Shown here one piece after another: positions 7,760 through 16,215 of a stretch of DNA of 54,252 bases. The translations under genes and the position numbers were made by a program. How positions within the stretch are numbered: position 1 is the stretch's first letter; each line of letters begins with the position of its first letter. This stretch comes from a virus (taxonomy: Duplodnaviria; Caudoviricetes): the IMG/VR virus record IMGVR_UViG_3300021373_002055, positions 1 to 54,252 of that record; one strand, written 5' to 3'. The notes under the pieces were generated by a model. The model saw only the letters and a list, made by a program, of their open reading frames with translations. It was not told the origin of the DNA and made no database searches.

Positions 7760-8977
7760 TTAATATTTATCAGTTACCGGGTATCCTTTATTAATACTGT
7801 CATTTGGATGTTTACCTGGTCCTTTTTTAAAATTTGTTTTATGACGATGTCCGGTACCCCATGGGCCTCCATAATCTGAGTAATCATGTTCTTTACCAAA
7901 TGGTCCTGCAAAGTCTTGTTCTTTTATAGTAGTCATATCCGTTAACAATTTCTTAAGTTTTTTAAGTATAGTGTTATGTTCTGGAGTCATTGGTATTTCT
8001 AATACTTTGCCTCCTGGGTAACCATAATCTTTTTCTGGGTGCATTATTTTGCTATGTCCAGTATCATCAATTCCCAATACTTTGTAAGGAACATTTTTCA
8101 TTGTTATTTGATTGCTAGGTATTACTGTGCATTGTTTTGGATGATCCCATTGACCTCTCGGATCTTCAATTGCGTTCATATATTTTAAAACATTTTGCCA
8201 ACTATTTTTGTCTAATGTTTTACGTTTTGTTATATGTGCTGCTAAATCGCCTATTACATCCATTTTAACGCCTCCTACAACTTGTTCTATTTGTAATTGA
8301 CTCAATGTAATACGTTTAGACATCTCTTTTAAACGAGCTAATAACCCTTTATTACGAAGTTTTTTGAAAGCTAAGTTTTCTATAGAATATTCACCTTCTG
8401 CTTCTAACCCGGTTTGTCTCATTTTGTATAATCGTTCTAATATATGTTTAATTTGATATTCTAATTTAGGATCTCGCTCTGACAAATTTTCTATTTCGTA
8501 TTCAAGTGGAGCCATTTTTGCATCAATAACTTCATCGTCGATTGATATAACATCAGCATTTGGTTTTTTTAACCATTTACTCTTCATTAATGAATATTGT
8601 CCTACTGATGAATGTAAACGATCATTCCAATCTTGTGCATATAATTCAATATCCATTCCCTTGTATGTTAACGGATAATTAGTACTCCATATGCTTTTTT
8701 TAGCCATCATTAAATTTTTAACTAAATGTAAATTCTTTCCTACTGATTGATAATCAATAACAACATGAAGATCGATATCTGATTTATCTGTCCAATTATA
8801 GTTTGCATTACTCCCAATAAGCAGAACATCTAATATTTTTGCTGTGTCTGGAACTTCTAAAAAATCATAGAATGCTTTTGCTATGCGAAGAAATTTATAG
8901 GATAGTCCTTTTTTAAGACGATCTCCGTCCCAAAGTTTTGGGTTTAATGTGCTCTGTGTTTCGTATTCGTGTAGCAT
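7760..8977 (-). CDS. Pol-beta superfamily nucleotidyltransferase with extra C-terminal domain
   Basis: LLIGSNANYNWTDKSDIDLHVVID (GS...DxD) and IELYAQD. Confidence 0.8.
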   Translation of the reverse strand: MLHEYETQSTLNPKLWDGDRLKKGLSYKFLRIAKAFYDFLEVPDTAKILDVLLIGSNANYNWTDKSDIDLHVVIDYQSVGKNLHLVKNLMMAKKSIWSTNYPLTYKGMDIELYAQDWNDRLHSSVGQYSLMKSKWLKKPNADVISIDDEVIDAKMAPLEYEIENLSERDPKLEYQIKHILERLYKMRQTGLEAEGEYSIENLAFKKLRNKGLLARLKEMSKRITLSQLQIEQVVGGVKMDVIGDLAAHITKRKTLDKNSWQNVLKYMNAIEDPRGQWDHPKQCTVIPSNQITMKNVPYKVLGIDDTGHSKIMHPEKDYGYPGGKVLEIPMTPEHNTILKKLKKLLTDMTTIKEQDFAGPFGKEHDYSDYGGPWGTGHRHKTNFKKGPGKHPNDSINKGYPVTDKY

Positions 8978-8992
8978 TTAATATAAATACCG

Positions 8993-9340
8993 TTACTTCC
9001 AAAAGAGCTGAATTGCTATAATTGAAAATGCTAATATTAAACATGTAGCTGTTTTTAAATTTACAGCTTCACCTCGAAATAAGTATGTCATGGCTGTAAA
9101 TATAACTATCCCTGATACAAAAGAAAGAAATCGGCCTGGCCAGAATTCTCCTTGAAATCCATCAACTGACAGTCGTGTTGCCTCCATGAATAAATATGTT
9201 ATTGGAATTCCACAAAACATTAAAGCCCAACGCCATTCTTTTGCCCACGGCCATATAATTGGTCCATTGACTTGTATCCATACGATACATTGTCCAAAAG
9301 TAAATAGTAATGCTGATAATGTGATATATTTTAGATTCAT
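8993..9340 (-). CDS. small 4-helix membrane protein (SMR/DMT-like topology)
   Basis: four hydrophobic segments in 115 aa. Confidence 0.65.
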   Translation of the reverse strand: MNLKYITLSALLFTFGQCIVWIQVNGPIIWPWAKEWRWALMFCGIPITYLFMEATRLSVDGFQGEFWPGRFLSFVSGIVIFTAMTYLFRGEAVNLKTATCLILAFSIIAIQLFWK

Positions 9341-9346
9341 TTATAT

Positions 9347-9375
9347 ATTATAAGAAATATATTTTACAAATCAAA
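9347..9375 (-). promoter_or_regulatory. class A promoter candidate TTTGAT-N17-TATAAT
   Basis: 17-nt spacing, 6 nt upstream of ATG 9340. Confidence 0.6.
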
Positions 9376-9700
9376 ATCCTCCCATTACTGCCTCGTCGAT
9401 TGCTTCTTGCATTTCACTTTTTGTAGCTGAAATTTTAAACGAAATGTCTGCTTGATAACGTTTTATTTCTTCCCCATCTAAAAACATTACGACTGTCGGC
9501 ACAACAACAACTTTATATTTTTGTTGTAAGTTTGGATATTTAGTTATATCGTAGTACTTAACATTACAATCCGTTAACTTAGTAAGCCATGTTACTTTGT
9601 TAGCGTTATTCCATGCTGCGTTAAAATGTTTAACGGTAATCTGACTATAACAATTCATCGTAAAAACTAATATACTTATAAGTAAAAATAATTTTTTCAT
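9371..9700 (-). CDS. exported thioredoxin-fold protein lacking CxxC
   Basis: signal peptide; HFNAAWN in place of FxAxWCxxC; KYKVVVVPTVVMFLDGEEIKR cis-Pro region. Confidence 0.7.
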   Translation of the reverse strand: MKKLFLLISILVFTMNCYSQITVKHFNAAWNNANKVTWLTKLTDCNVKYYDITKYPNLQQKYKVVVVPTVVMFLDGEEIKRYQADISFKISATKSEMQEAIDEAVMGGF

Positions 9701-9706
9701 AATAGA

Positions 9707-9991
9707 CTATCTTAAATTATCAATTTTTTCTTCAATTCTATCCATATCTTCTTTAAGTTCGGATACATCTTCTTGTGTAGTCATGATGGTCTGTCGTATT
9801 AACTGATCTTTCATGTCATATTCCATTCGGGTAACTTCTGGATCTGGTGGCTTTGGTAATTCTTTTGCCTCTTGTATGTCTGCCTGTAAAGCAAACCACA
9901 TTCCCACTACCGTTGCAATTGCAAATGCAATTCCTATCAATGTTTTAATACTTACCTTAAAACCAGTGTCTTCATTTAATTCTGTTGCCAT
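9707..9991 (-). CDS. single-TM protein with C-terminal coiled coil
   Basis: TLIGIAFAIATVVGMWFAL followed by heptads (VSELKEDMDRIEEKIDNL). Confidence 0.7.
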   Translation of the reverse strand: MATELNEDTGFKVSIKTLIGIAFAIATVVGMWFALQADIQEAKELPKPPDPEVTRMEYDMKDQLIRQTIMTTQEDVSELKEDMDRIEEKIDNLR

Positions 9992-10001
9992 ATCTCTGTC
10001 T

Positions 10002-11063
10002 TTATAATATTATATAATTTACTCCTACACTAAAATTGTGCCATCTTCTGTTCCAATATTTATTATATTTTCCTTCAAGGAATACTCCTAAACTTTTATT
10101 AAATTTATATCCAAATATCAATCCTCCAGAATAATCAATCCATTGACCGTCATTAAAATTGTGATATGAATATTCATTTGCAGTTTTAATATGAAGTGGC
10201 ATCAAGTTAGCCCAAGAATGAAGCCAAAAGTCTTTTGTATAGTGATAAAAATCAAAACCTAATACTAATGAATGATTCCATTGTAAGTCTAATGCGTTAC
10301 GTTCTTTTTCTGTATACTCTGCTAATACTTCTGGAACTACAACTGCTTCCCATACTTGTGTGTTTTCTGCAACTATATTACCTGCAGGATCAAAATATGT
10401 TACTCCACCATCACCATCAAATTCGATATTATATCCTTGTTGTAGTGCTAATTGTGTATAATGAAGATTTCCATCTGACAGTAACCATTCGTCTAATGGA
10501 TTATACCCATATGGTTCTGATATTCGTTGTACTGCACCAATATTAAATGATAATTTGTTTCCTAGTTTTTGTCTATAACGTTCTGAAGACTCAAAATACT
10601 GTATATCGGCAAATCCGTCTTGTACATATTCTACTTTTGCTATCCAATTTTTAGCAACATATCGTAAAAAGTGATCTTGATTAAAAAACGATGTACCTTG
10701 TTGACGTGTCCAATCTGCTTCAAATAAAAATTCAAATCCATTTATTTTTCCTATAGTAGCAGCGTCACCATATGTTTTTTCTGTACCATCAAAAAATACA
10801 TTAGTTCGATTTTCATATCCAAATCTTGCAATCTTTCTGATACCTAATGCAATAGAATAATCAAATGGTGTTTTTTCAGTAAACGTCTCTAATCCATCTG
10901 TTACAGAATAAACATCTACATCTGATACTGAATTACCTCCTGTTATTGCACCATAAAATGTAGAATATTTAAAAACTTTTTTAATTGTTTTTTTAAACTT
11001 AGAATCTGTTTGACTAAATGCAATGGTTGGTATTAGTAAAAATAATATTAATAATTGTTTCAT
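10002..11063 (-). CDS. putative outer-membrane beta-barrel protein
   Basis: signal peptide (IAFS|Q), alternating aromatic strands, terminal strand FSVGVNYIIL. Confidence 0.7.
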   Translation of the reverse strand: MKQLLILFLLIPTIAFSQTDSKFKKTIKKVFKYSTFYGAITGGNSVSDVDVYSVTDGLETFTEKTPFDYSIALGIRKIARFGYENRTNVFFDGTEKTYGDAATIGKINGFEFLFEADWTRQQGTSFFNQDHFLRYVAKNWIAKVEYVQDGFADIQYFESSERYRQKLGNKLSFNIGAVQRISEPYGYNPLDEWLLSDGNLHYTQLALQQGYNIEFDGDGGVTYFDPAGNIVAENTQVWEAVVVPEVLAEYTEKERNALDLQWNHSLVLGFDFYHYTKDFWLHSWANLMPLHIKTANEYSYHNFNDGQWIDYSGGLIFGYKFNKSLGVFLEGKYNKYWNRRWHNFSVGVNYIIL

Positions 11064-13435
11064 TGTTTTATAATTTTCTTGTTAAATTGTTTTCCGTCGT
11101 GCGTTATTGTTAAGAAATACACTCCAGTTTCTAATGTGTTTAGGTATAAACGATCGTCATTCCCGGTTAATACTACTTTACCAGTTGCGTCTTTTAATTC
11201 ATATACGATACTTAAATGGGTCTTAATATTTAAAATATTATCGGTTGGGTTTGGAAATACAACTATACCATTTGCTAACATTTCGTCTAAACCAACAGGC
11301 CACCCTTCTTCGCAATAGTCATACATTGATTGGCATGATGCATCCCATTCTGTTTCGCAACAATATACATCTACATCTATTACCCAAGCATAACAGCCGT
11401 TGTTTAGCCAATAAGGATTACCAGGTCCACCAACGCACCCTGCGTCGTATAGACACGCAGTTGAGTCAGATACATTTGCTTCAGGATTATAATTATATGC
11501 ATTTGGATCTGTACATCCTGCTAATGGTAGTATACAAGTCCCATTATCTGTATTAGCTAATGGATCGTAATTTAATGCAGTTGTGTCCGTACAACCAAAT
11601 ACTACTTCTATACATGATCCATTATCTGTGTTTGCTAAGGGGTCATAATTGAATGATGTTGGATCCATACAACCATAAATTACCGGTATACAAGAGCCAT
11701 CATCTACGTTTGCTAATGGATTATAATTAAAAGATTCTGGGTCTGTGCAACCATATATAGGATATATACAAGTTCCATTGTCTACATTTGCTGTTGGGTC
11801 ATAATTTAATGCTAAAGAATCCATACAGCCAAAGTATATACATGAACCATCATCGATATTTGCTTCTGCATTATAATTCCAAGACAACGGATCCATACAT
11901 CCATATACAGTAGATATGCAAGTGCCATCGTCAATATTGGCATTTGGATCATAATTAAATGCCAACTCATTTGTGCACCCATATACAATAGGAATACATG
12001 AGCCATCGTCTGTATTAGCTAATGGATTATAATTAAATGAAGTAGAGTCTAAACAACCATATATTTTAGGTTCGCAATAGTCTCCACAATATGGTAATGC
12101 TGAATATGTAATCCATGATGGAGATTCAAAAGGTTGTAATGCACCTTGTCCATTATTGGCAAAAGGATTTGATCCTTCATACATTAATTCAACACCATCT
12201 TCGTTAGTTAATTTAAATGAATTATGCCATGTTTGAAATTCAACTTCTTCTGGCGATTGTTGTGGTAACGCATTTTCAAAGTAGTAAACATATACTGGTT
12301 TATTAGTATTTAATGGGATATTAAAAGTTTGTTCACTCAATCCGAAGCCCATTGTATATGTTCCTAATGTGTTTCCGTCTTGATACACTCCGATATATGA
12401 GTTACCCCAGCCGTCAGCTGCAGCGTCACCAATCCATAATGTATAATTACATGTTTCTACTATTTGATTTATAGTAGCATCTGGATTATAATTATAAGCC
12501 GCGGTGTCGATGCACCCATATATATGCAAATTAGCACAAGTACCATCATCTACTGTAGCTTCTGGATTATATTCTTGATATGCTGAATTAGTACATCCTG
12601 GTATTGGTTCTATATTATTACACGGAACTCCATTAACAACTCCAGAATATGCAGTAGACCCAAAATTTGGCTCAGGTAGTTCCCACAATACGTTTCCATT
12701 GCAGTCATATATGACAACATCTCCGTCAATATTTCCACCAGTTGTAGATCCAGCTAAACCGTCACCATATGAATCATTAAAAACTAATTCTGCGCCAGCT
12801 GCAGGAATACATGTAGTATAACTATATGTTTGACCAATATCATTAAAGTTATAGGTACCTTGTGATATATTATATAATAAGTTCCCATTTGATTGATCTA
12901 CAAATAACCACGATGTTTCTCCTGGATAACTGTCTAATGTAACTTCGATTGTTACTTCGAAATCGCCAGGATCACAATTTTCTCCGCTGGTACCATCACA
13001 TGAACCGTCATCTTGATTAGCCCATGGGTTGTAATTTTCAGAGGTAGGCTCTGTACATCCAGGTATACATGCATATGGTGTATATGATATAGTGTCTGAT
13101 TGTGTACCGTCTACATAATTAATAACTAGATAATGTTCTACTGACCAATTTGGTGGCATATTTTGTGTCCCGGCATATACGCCAAAGTTACCACCAGGAA
13201 CATTTGCTGGTTGTCCAATTGGATATGTAAATGGACCTACACCTTCTGCCGTTGAATAAGAAACAGATTCTACTTCACAACTTCCTGGACCGTTAAACCA
13301 TTCGAATATTATAGCTGCTTGAGCGCCGTCATTGATGCATAGTTGGTATGCATTAGAACTTTCAAAATTACAATTCTGCGTTACACTTAAAAACGGAATA
13401 ATACTTACTAATAATAATAACAAAAACTTTTTCAT
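11060..13435 (-). CDS. secreted Cys-repeat protein with type IX secretion (type A) C-terminal sorting domain
   Basis: signal peptide; 11 GCxDxxAxNYNPxAxxDDGSC-type repeats; C-terminus VFPNPTDNILNI...LETGVYFLTI...KKIIKQ. Confidence 0.85.
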   Translation of the reverse strand: MKKFLLLLLVSIIPFLSVTQNCNFESSNAYQLCINDGAQAAIIFEWFNGPGSCEVESVSYSTAEGVGPFTYPIGQPANVPGGNFGVYAGTQNMPPNWSVEHYLVINYVDGTQSDTISYTPYACIPGCTEPTSENYNPWANQDDGSCDGTSGENCDPGDFEVTIEVTLDSYPGETSWLFVDQSNGNLLYNISQGTYNFNDIGQTYSYTTCIPAAGAELVFNDSYGDGLAGSTTGGNIDGDVVIYDCNGNVLWELPEPNFGSTAYSGVVNGVPCNNIEPIPGCTNSAYQEYNPEATVDDGTCANLHIYGCIDTAAYNYNPDATINQIVETCNYTLWIGDAAADGWGNSYIGVYQDGNTLGTYTMGFGLSEQTFNIPLNTNKPVYVYYFENALPQQSPEEVEFQTWHNSFKLTNEDGVELMYEGSNPFANNGQGALQPFESPSWITYSALPYCGDYCEPKIYGCLDSTSFNYNPLANTDDGSCIPIVYGCTNELAFNYDPNANIDDGTCISTVYGCMDPLSWNYNAEANIDDGSCIYFGCMDSLALNYDPTANVDNGTCIYPIYGCTDPESFNYNPLANVDDGSCIPVIYGCMDPTSFNYDPLANTDNGSCIEVVFGCTDTTALNYDPLANTDNGTCILPLAGCTDPNAYNYNPEANVSDSTACLYDAGCVGGPGNPYWLNNGCYAWVIDVDVYCCETEWDASCQSMYDYCEEGWPVGLDEMLANGIVVFPNPTDNILNIKTHLSIVYELKDATGKVVLTGNDDRLYLNTLETGVYFLTITHDGKQFNKKIIKQ
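11455..12060 (-). repeat. eight tandem coding repeats of about 24-27 aa
   Basis: GC(T/M/L)DxxxxNY(N/D)PxANxD(D/N)G(S/T)C units, visible in DNA as recurring ggattataatt/gggtcataatt. Confidence 0.85.
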
Positions 13436-13719
13436 ATTTCTTCTTCTGAGTCTGTTGAGTTAGGTCGTTTAAATATTTTACCTGCTTCTGCGATACCAAA
13501 ACATCCTAATGTAATCCATAAGAATGAATTGTAAATAAATTCGTTAACATGTAATGGATTTCCCATCCATCCAGTTACGATATCTGCTACTGCAAATAAC
13601 ACCATTACTGCAAACGAAGCAAATCCTACTACGCTTTTTTCATTGATATCATTTTCGTCTTTAAAAATATTTGCGAATGCCATGAGCTTTCCCTTTAAGT
13701 TTAAGAGTAACCTTTTCAT
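13432..13719 (-). CDS. two-TM membrane protein, holin candidate
   Basis: two hydrophobic helices, charged tail, directly downstream of the amidase; start may be 13683. Confidence 0.55.
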   Translation of the reverse strand: MKRLLLNLKGKLMAFANIFKDENDINEKSVVGFASFAVMVLFAVADIVTGWMGNPLHVNEFIYNSFLWITLGCFGIAEAGKIFKRPNSTDSEEEI

Positions 13720-13738
13720 AATTGCAACCTTTTATTGT

Positions 13739-14653
13739 TTATAATTGTTTTAACATTTCTACTAGTTCTGGTTGTGGAAAACAATCGAATTTATCTTTTC
13801 TAACATTCGTATGTGTCCATAAGCCAAATTGCTTTGCATTGTATGCATCTGCGTTAAATTCAAATGCATCTTTTGGATGAACTCCTTCTTTTAATAGTTT
13901 AGGTAGTCCATTTTCCAAATCCATTTTAGGATAAATGTCTTTTAAATGTAGAATAAGTAATCTTAAACTTTCTATTTGCTTATCTGAGTAAGCGTGCCAG
14001 TATTGATGACCTCTAAATTTATATCCTAAATCACAAACATATTCTGGTTTTACTTCAGTATTGACATATGTATAATACTTGTCGCCTTTCTTTTTGAGGT
14101 ATCCAAAATTATTTAGTTCAACACCACCTGATAGTTTGGATATTTTAAAACTTCCTACTTTACCTAGGTGCCAACCTAAATAGTTGTTTGGAAAACATTC
14201 TACTACAACGCCATCATGTTTAGTCTTGCCTTTTACATTGCTTCCACCAATACAATATTGAGTAGCTACTCGGCCTCGTTTGTCTTTGTTCCACTGACTA
14301 ACTGTGTTATATGGATTATCCCAACCAGCAGTATGATGCAAAAAGAATCCTAATGGCTCTATTTTACCATAGTCTCTTACGTATTCGTCTTTGTCTAAGT
14401 ATTGACGGTCAATTACTAATCCATCTTTAGTAGTGTATTGTGATTCTTCAGCTGCAGCTTCAGTGTCAGTATCAATACCAATAGCTTCCCATGTTTTGGT
14501 TCCAACTATACCGTCTGCTGTTAATCCGTTTTCTGATTGAAATCTGCGTACTGCTAACTCTGTATCCGCACCGAATATACCGTCTGCGGATAATTCTAAT
14601 GCAGTTTGTAACTCTTTTACGTGTGAGCCTTTACTGCCTCGTTTTAATAACAT
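13739..14653 (-). CDS. endolysin: peptidoglycan-binding domain plus N-acetylmuramoyl-L-alanine amidase
   Basis: LKRGSKG..VKELQ..L...ADGIFG..T..AVRRFQ...GL.ADGIVG.KTW; FLHHTAG, GVEL, THTNVRKDKFDC. Confidence 0.9.
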   Translation of the reverse strand: MLLKRGSKGSHVKELQTALELSADGIFGADTELAVRRFQSENGLTADGIVGTKTWEAIGIDTDTEAAAEESQYTTKDGLVIDRQYLDKDEYVRDYGKIEPLGFFLHHTAGWDNPYNTVSQWNKDKRGRVATQYCIGGSNVKGKTKHDGVVVECFPNNYLGWHLGKVGSFKISKLSGGVELNNFGYLKKKGDKYYTYVNTEVKPEYVCDLGYKFRGHQYWHAYSDKQIESLRLLILHLKDIYPKMDLENGLPKLLKEGVHPKDAFEFNADAYNAKQFGLWTHTNVRKDKFDCFPQPELVEMLKQL

Positions 14654-14668
14654 ACTTATCCTTTAATA

Positions 14669-14676
14669 ATAAATAT
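14669..14676 (-). promoter_or_regulatory. class B motif ATATTTAT
   Basis: 15 nt upstream of the endolysin ATG. Confidence 0.5.
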
Positions 14677-14689
14677 GTATTGTTTAAGA

Positions 14690-15508
14690 TTACCGTAGAT
14701 ATTTTTTATTGTTTTGAGGATTGTGCTGTATATAACCGCCCCATTTGTATTGTGCGTAAGCGTGTCCTGCTGCTTCTGCCTTCATTCTTGCTTCTCCATT
14801 GGTTGATACTGAGGCAAAATGATAGAAGCTTGTGTTCTTGGTTCTACACATTTTAATTTCAGATAAATTGCACTTTAAAAAGAAGTCCCAATCTGCAACC
14901 ATTCCTAACTCATAGTTTTCATCCCACCCACCTAATCGTAGATAATCTTTCTTATACATCATAAACGGTAATGTTGAGCCATTCCAATTGTGCCCTGCTT
15001 TTACTAAGTTTTGTTCATACTTCCAGAAACGATCTAAATCGAAACTCTCAACATCAGTACCTAAGTTTTCTATTACAAAGTCTTTGAACATAGATGGGTA
15101 TGGTTCTATCTGATTTGGTGTCAATACTATAGGATATGATCTTTCCAAATTATCCCAATATGTTCTGCTACAGTTGGAATGATATATATTCCAATCTTCT
15201 TCTAAACGGGTATCCCAATCTTTAGGAAACACATTGTCATCATTAACGATCAACACCTTATCGTATTTTGCGTTCATTACTCCTAGATTGGTTCCTCTAC
15301 ACAATCCAACATTCTGTTCCATATCGAGAATGTCAATAGATCCACCTCTGACGCTGTCATACTTGTACAGCACTTCTTTGTTTATATCGTAATGACCATC
15401 GACTACTACGATTATCTGATTAAAATTCTTTTGACCCTTTGTCGCAGACTCTAGGCATAAGTCTAGCATTTCTGGATTTTTATATGTTGGTATTATTACT
15501 GATATCAT
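14690..15508 (-). CDS. glycosyltransferase family 2
   Basis: MISVIIPTY, VVVDG, IVNDD, GGWDE, DWDF; start 15508 by ATGA overlap. Confidence 0.85.
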   Translation of the reverse strand: MISVIIPTYKNPEMLDLCLESATKGQKNFNQIIVVVDGHYDINKEVLYKYDSVRGGSIDILDMEQNVGLCRGTNLGVMNAKYDKVLIVNDDNVFPKDWDTRLEEDWNIYHSNCSRTYWDNLERSYPIVLTPNQIEPYPSMFKDFVIENLGTDVESFDLDRFWKYEQNLVKAGHNWNGSTLPFMMYKKDYLRLGGWDENYELGMVADWDFFLKCNLSEIKMCRTKNTSFYHFASVSTNGEARMKAEAAGHAYAQYKWGGYIQHNPQNNKKYLR

Positions 15509-16215
15509 ATTGTATATGCTCTCCAATTAGTTAATGGTGATAGCCAGGCTGTCTCTCCGTGTGTAGCATAGCCAGGTAAAGGTGTTATCAACAACTCTCC
15601 TTGCTGTCTTAACTCTAAAAACATTTGGAAATCATTAGGATGTGTTCCTGATGTATGTTTTCTTAATATGGACTCTACTCGTTTCAATGTAGATACCTTT
15701 GCAGCAAACGTCATGGTTGTGCTATTGGTTATTTTCCAATGACAGCTGTTAGTCAAATAAACTCTTGTGTCTTCACCGCCACCTTCGCAATATGGATTAC
15801 CTCCTTTGCTTGGGTCTAGGTATTTATCTGGATGATCATATAGTGCTACAAATGATGCTCCTAATTCAAACCCTTCTCGTATTATCTTTGCTGACTCTGG
15901 TTTATGTATGTAATCATTTTCTATAAAATAAACTATATCATCATCATTATATTTCAATGCTTCGTCTAATGCTAAGTTAAATGTGCCTGCTCCATGTCCT
16001 ACTGAAACTGATTTAACTTTGGTTTCTGCTAAATGAAAAGATGTTGTTACAGCTTTTACCATATCTGTAGTTTCATCACTACAATTATCAGCAATAACTA
16101 ACCAATCTTCCTTTTCGAATCGATTCGACGCATTTACTAAACATGTTTCATTGTCTATGTAATCTGGTTTTTCTTTTTTATAACCAGCATCTGATATTCT
16201 ATAAATTATTTTCAT
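15505..16215 (-). CDS. GT-A fold glycosyltransferase
   Basis: VIADNCSD and YFIENDYIH motifs. Confidence 0.75.
   Translation of the reverse strand: MKIIYRISDAGYKKEKPDYIDNETCLVNASNRFEKEDWLVIADNCSDETTDMVKAVTTSFHLAETKVKSVSVGHGAGTFNLALDEALKYNDDDIVYFIENDYIHKPESAKIIREGFELGASFVALYDHPDKYLDPSKGGNPYCEGGGEDTRVYLTNSCHWKITNSTTMTFAAKVSTLKRVESILRKHTSGTHPNDFQMFLELRQQGELLITPLPGYATHGETAWLSPLTNWRAYTI

Noticed and set aside
11455-12060. Periodic DNA repeats as a CRISPR array
   Set aside because: Degenerate, in-frame coding repeats with third-position variation; no repeat-spacer pattern
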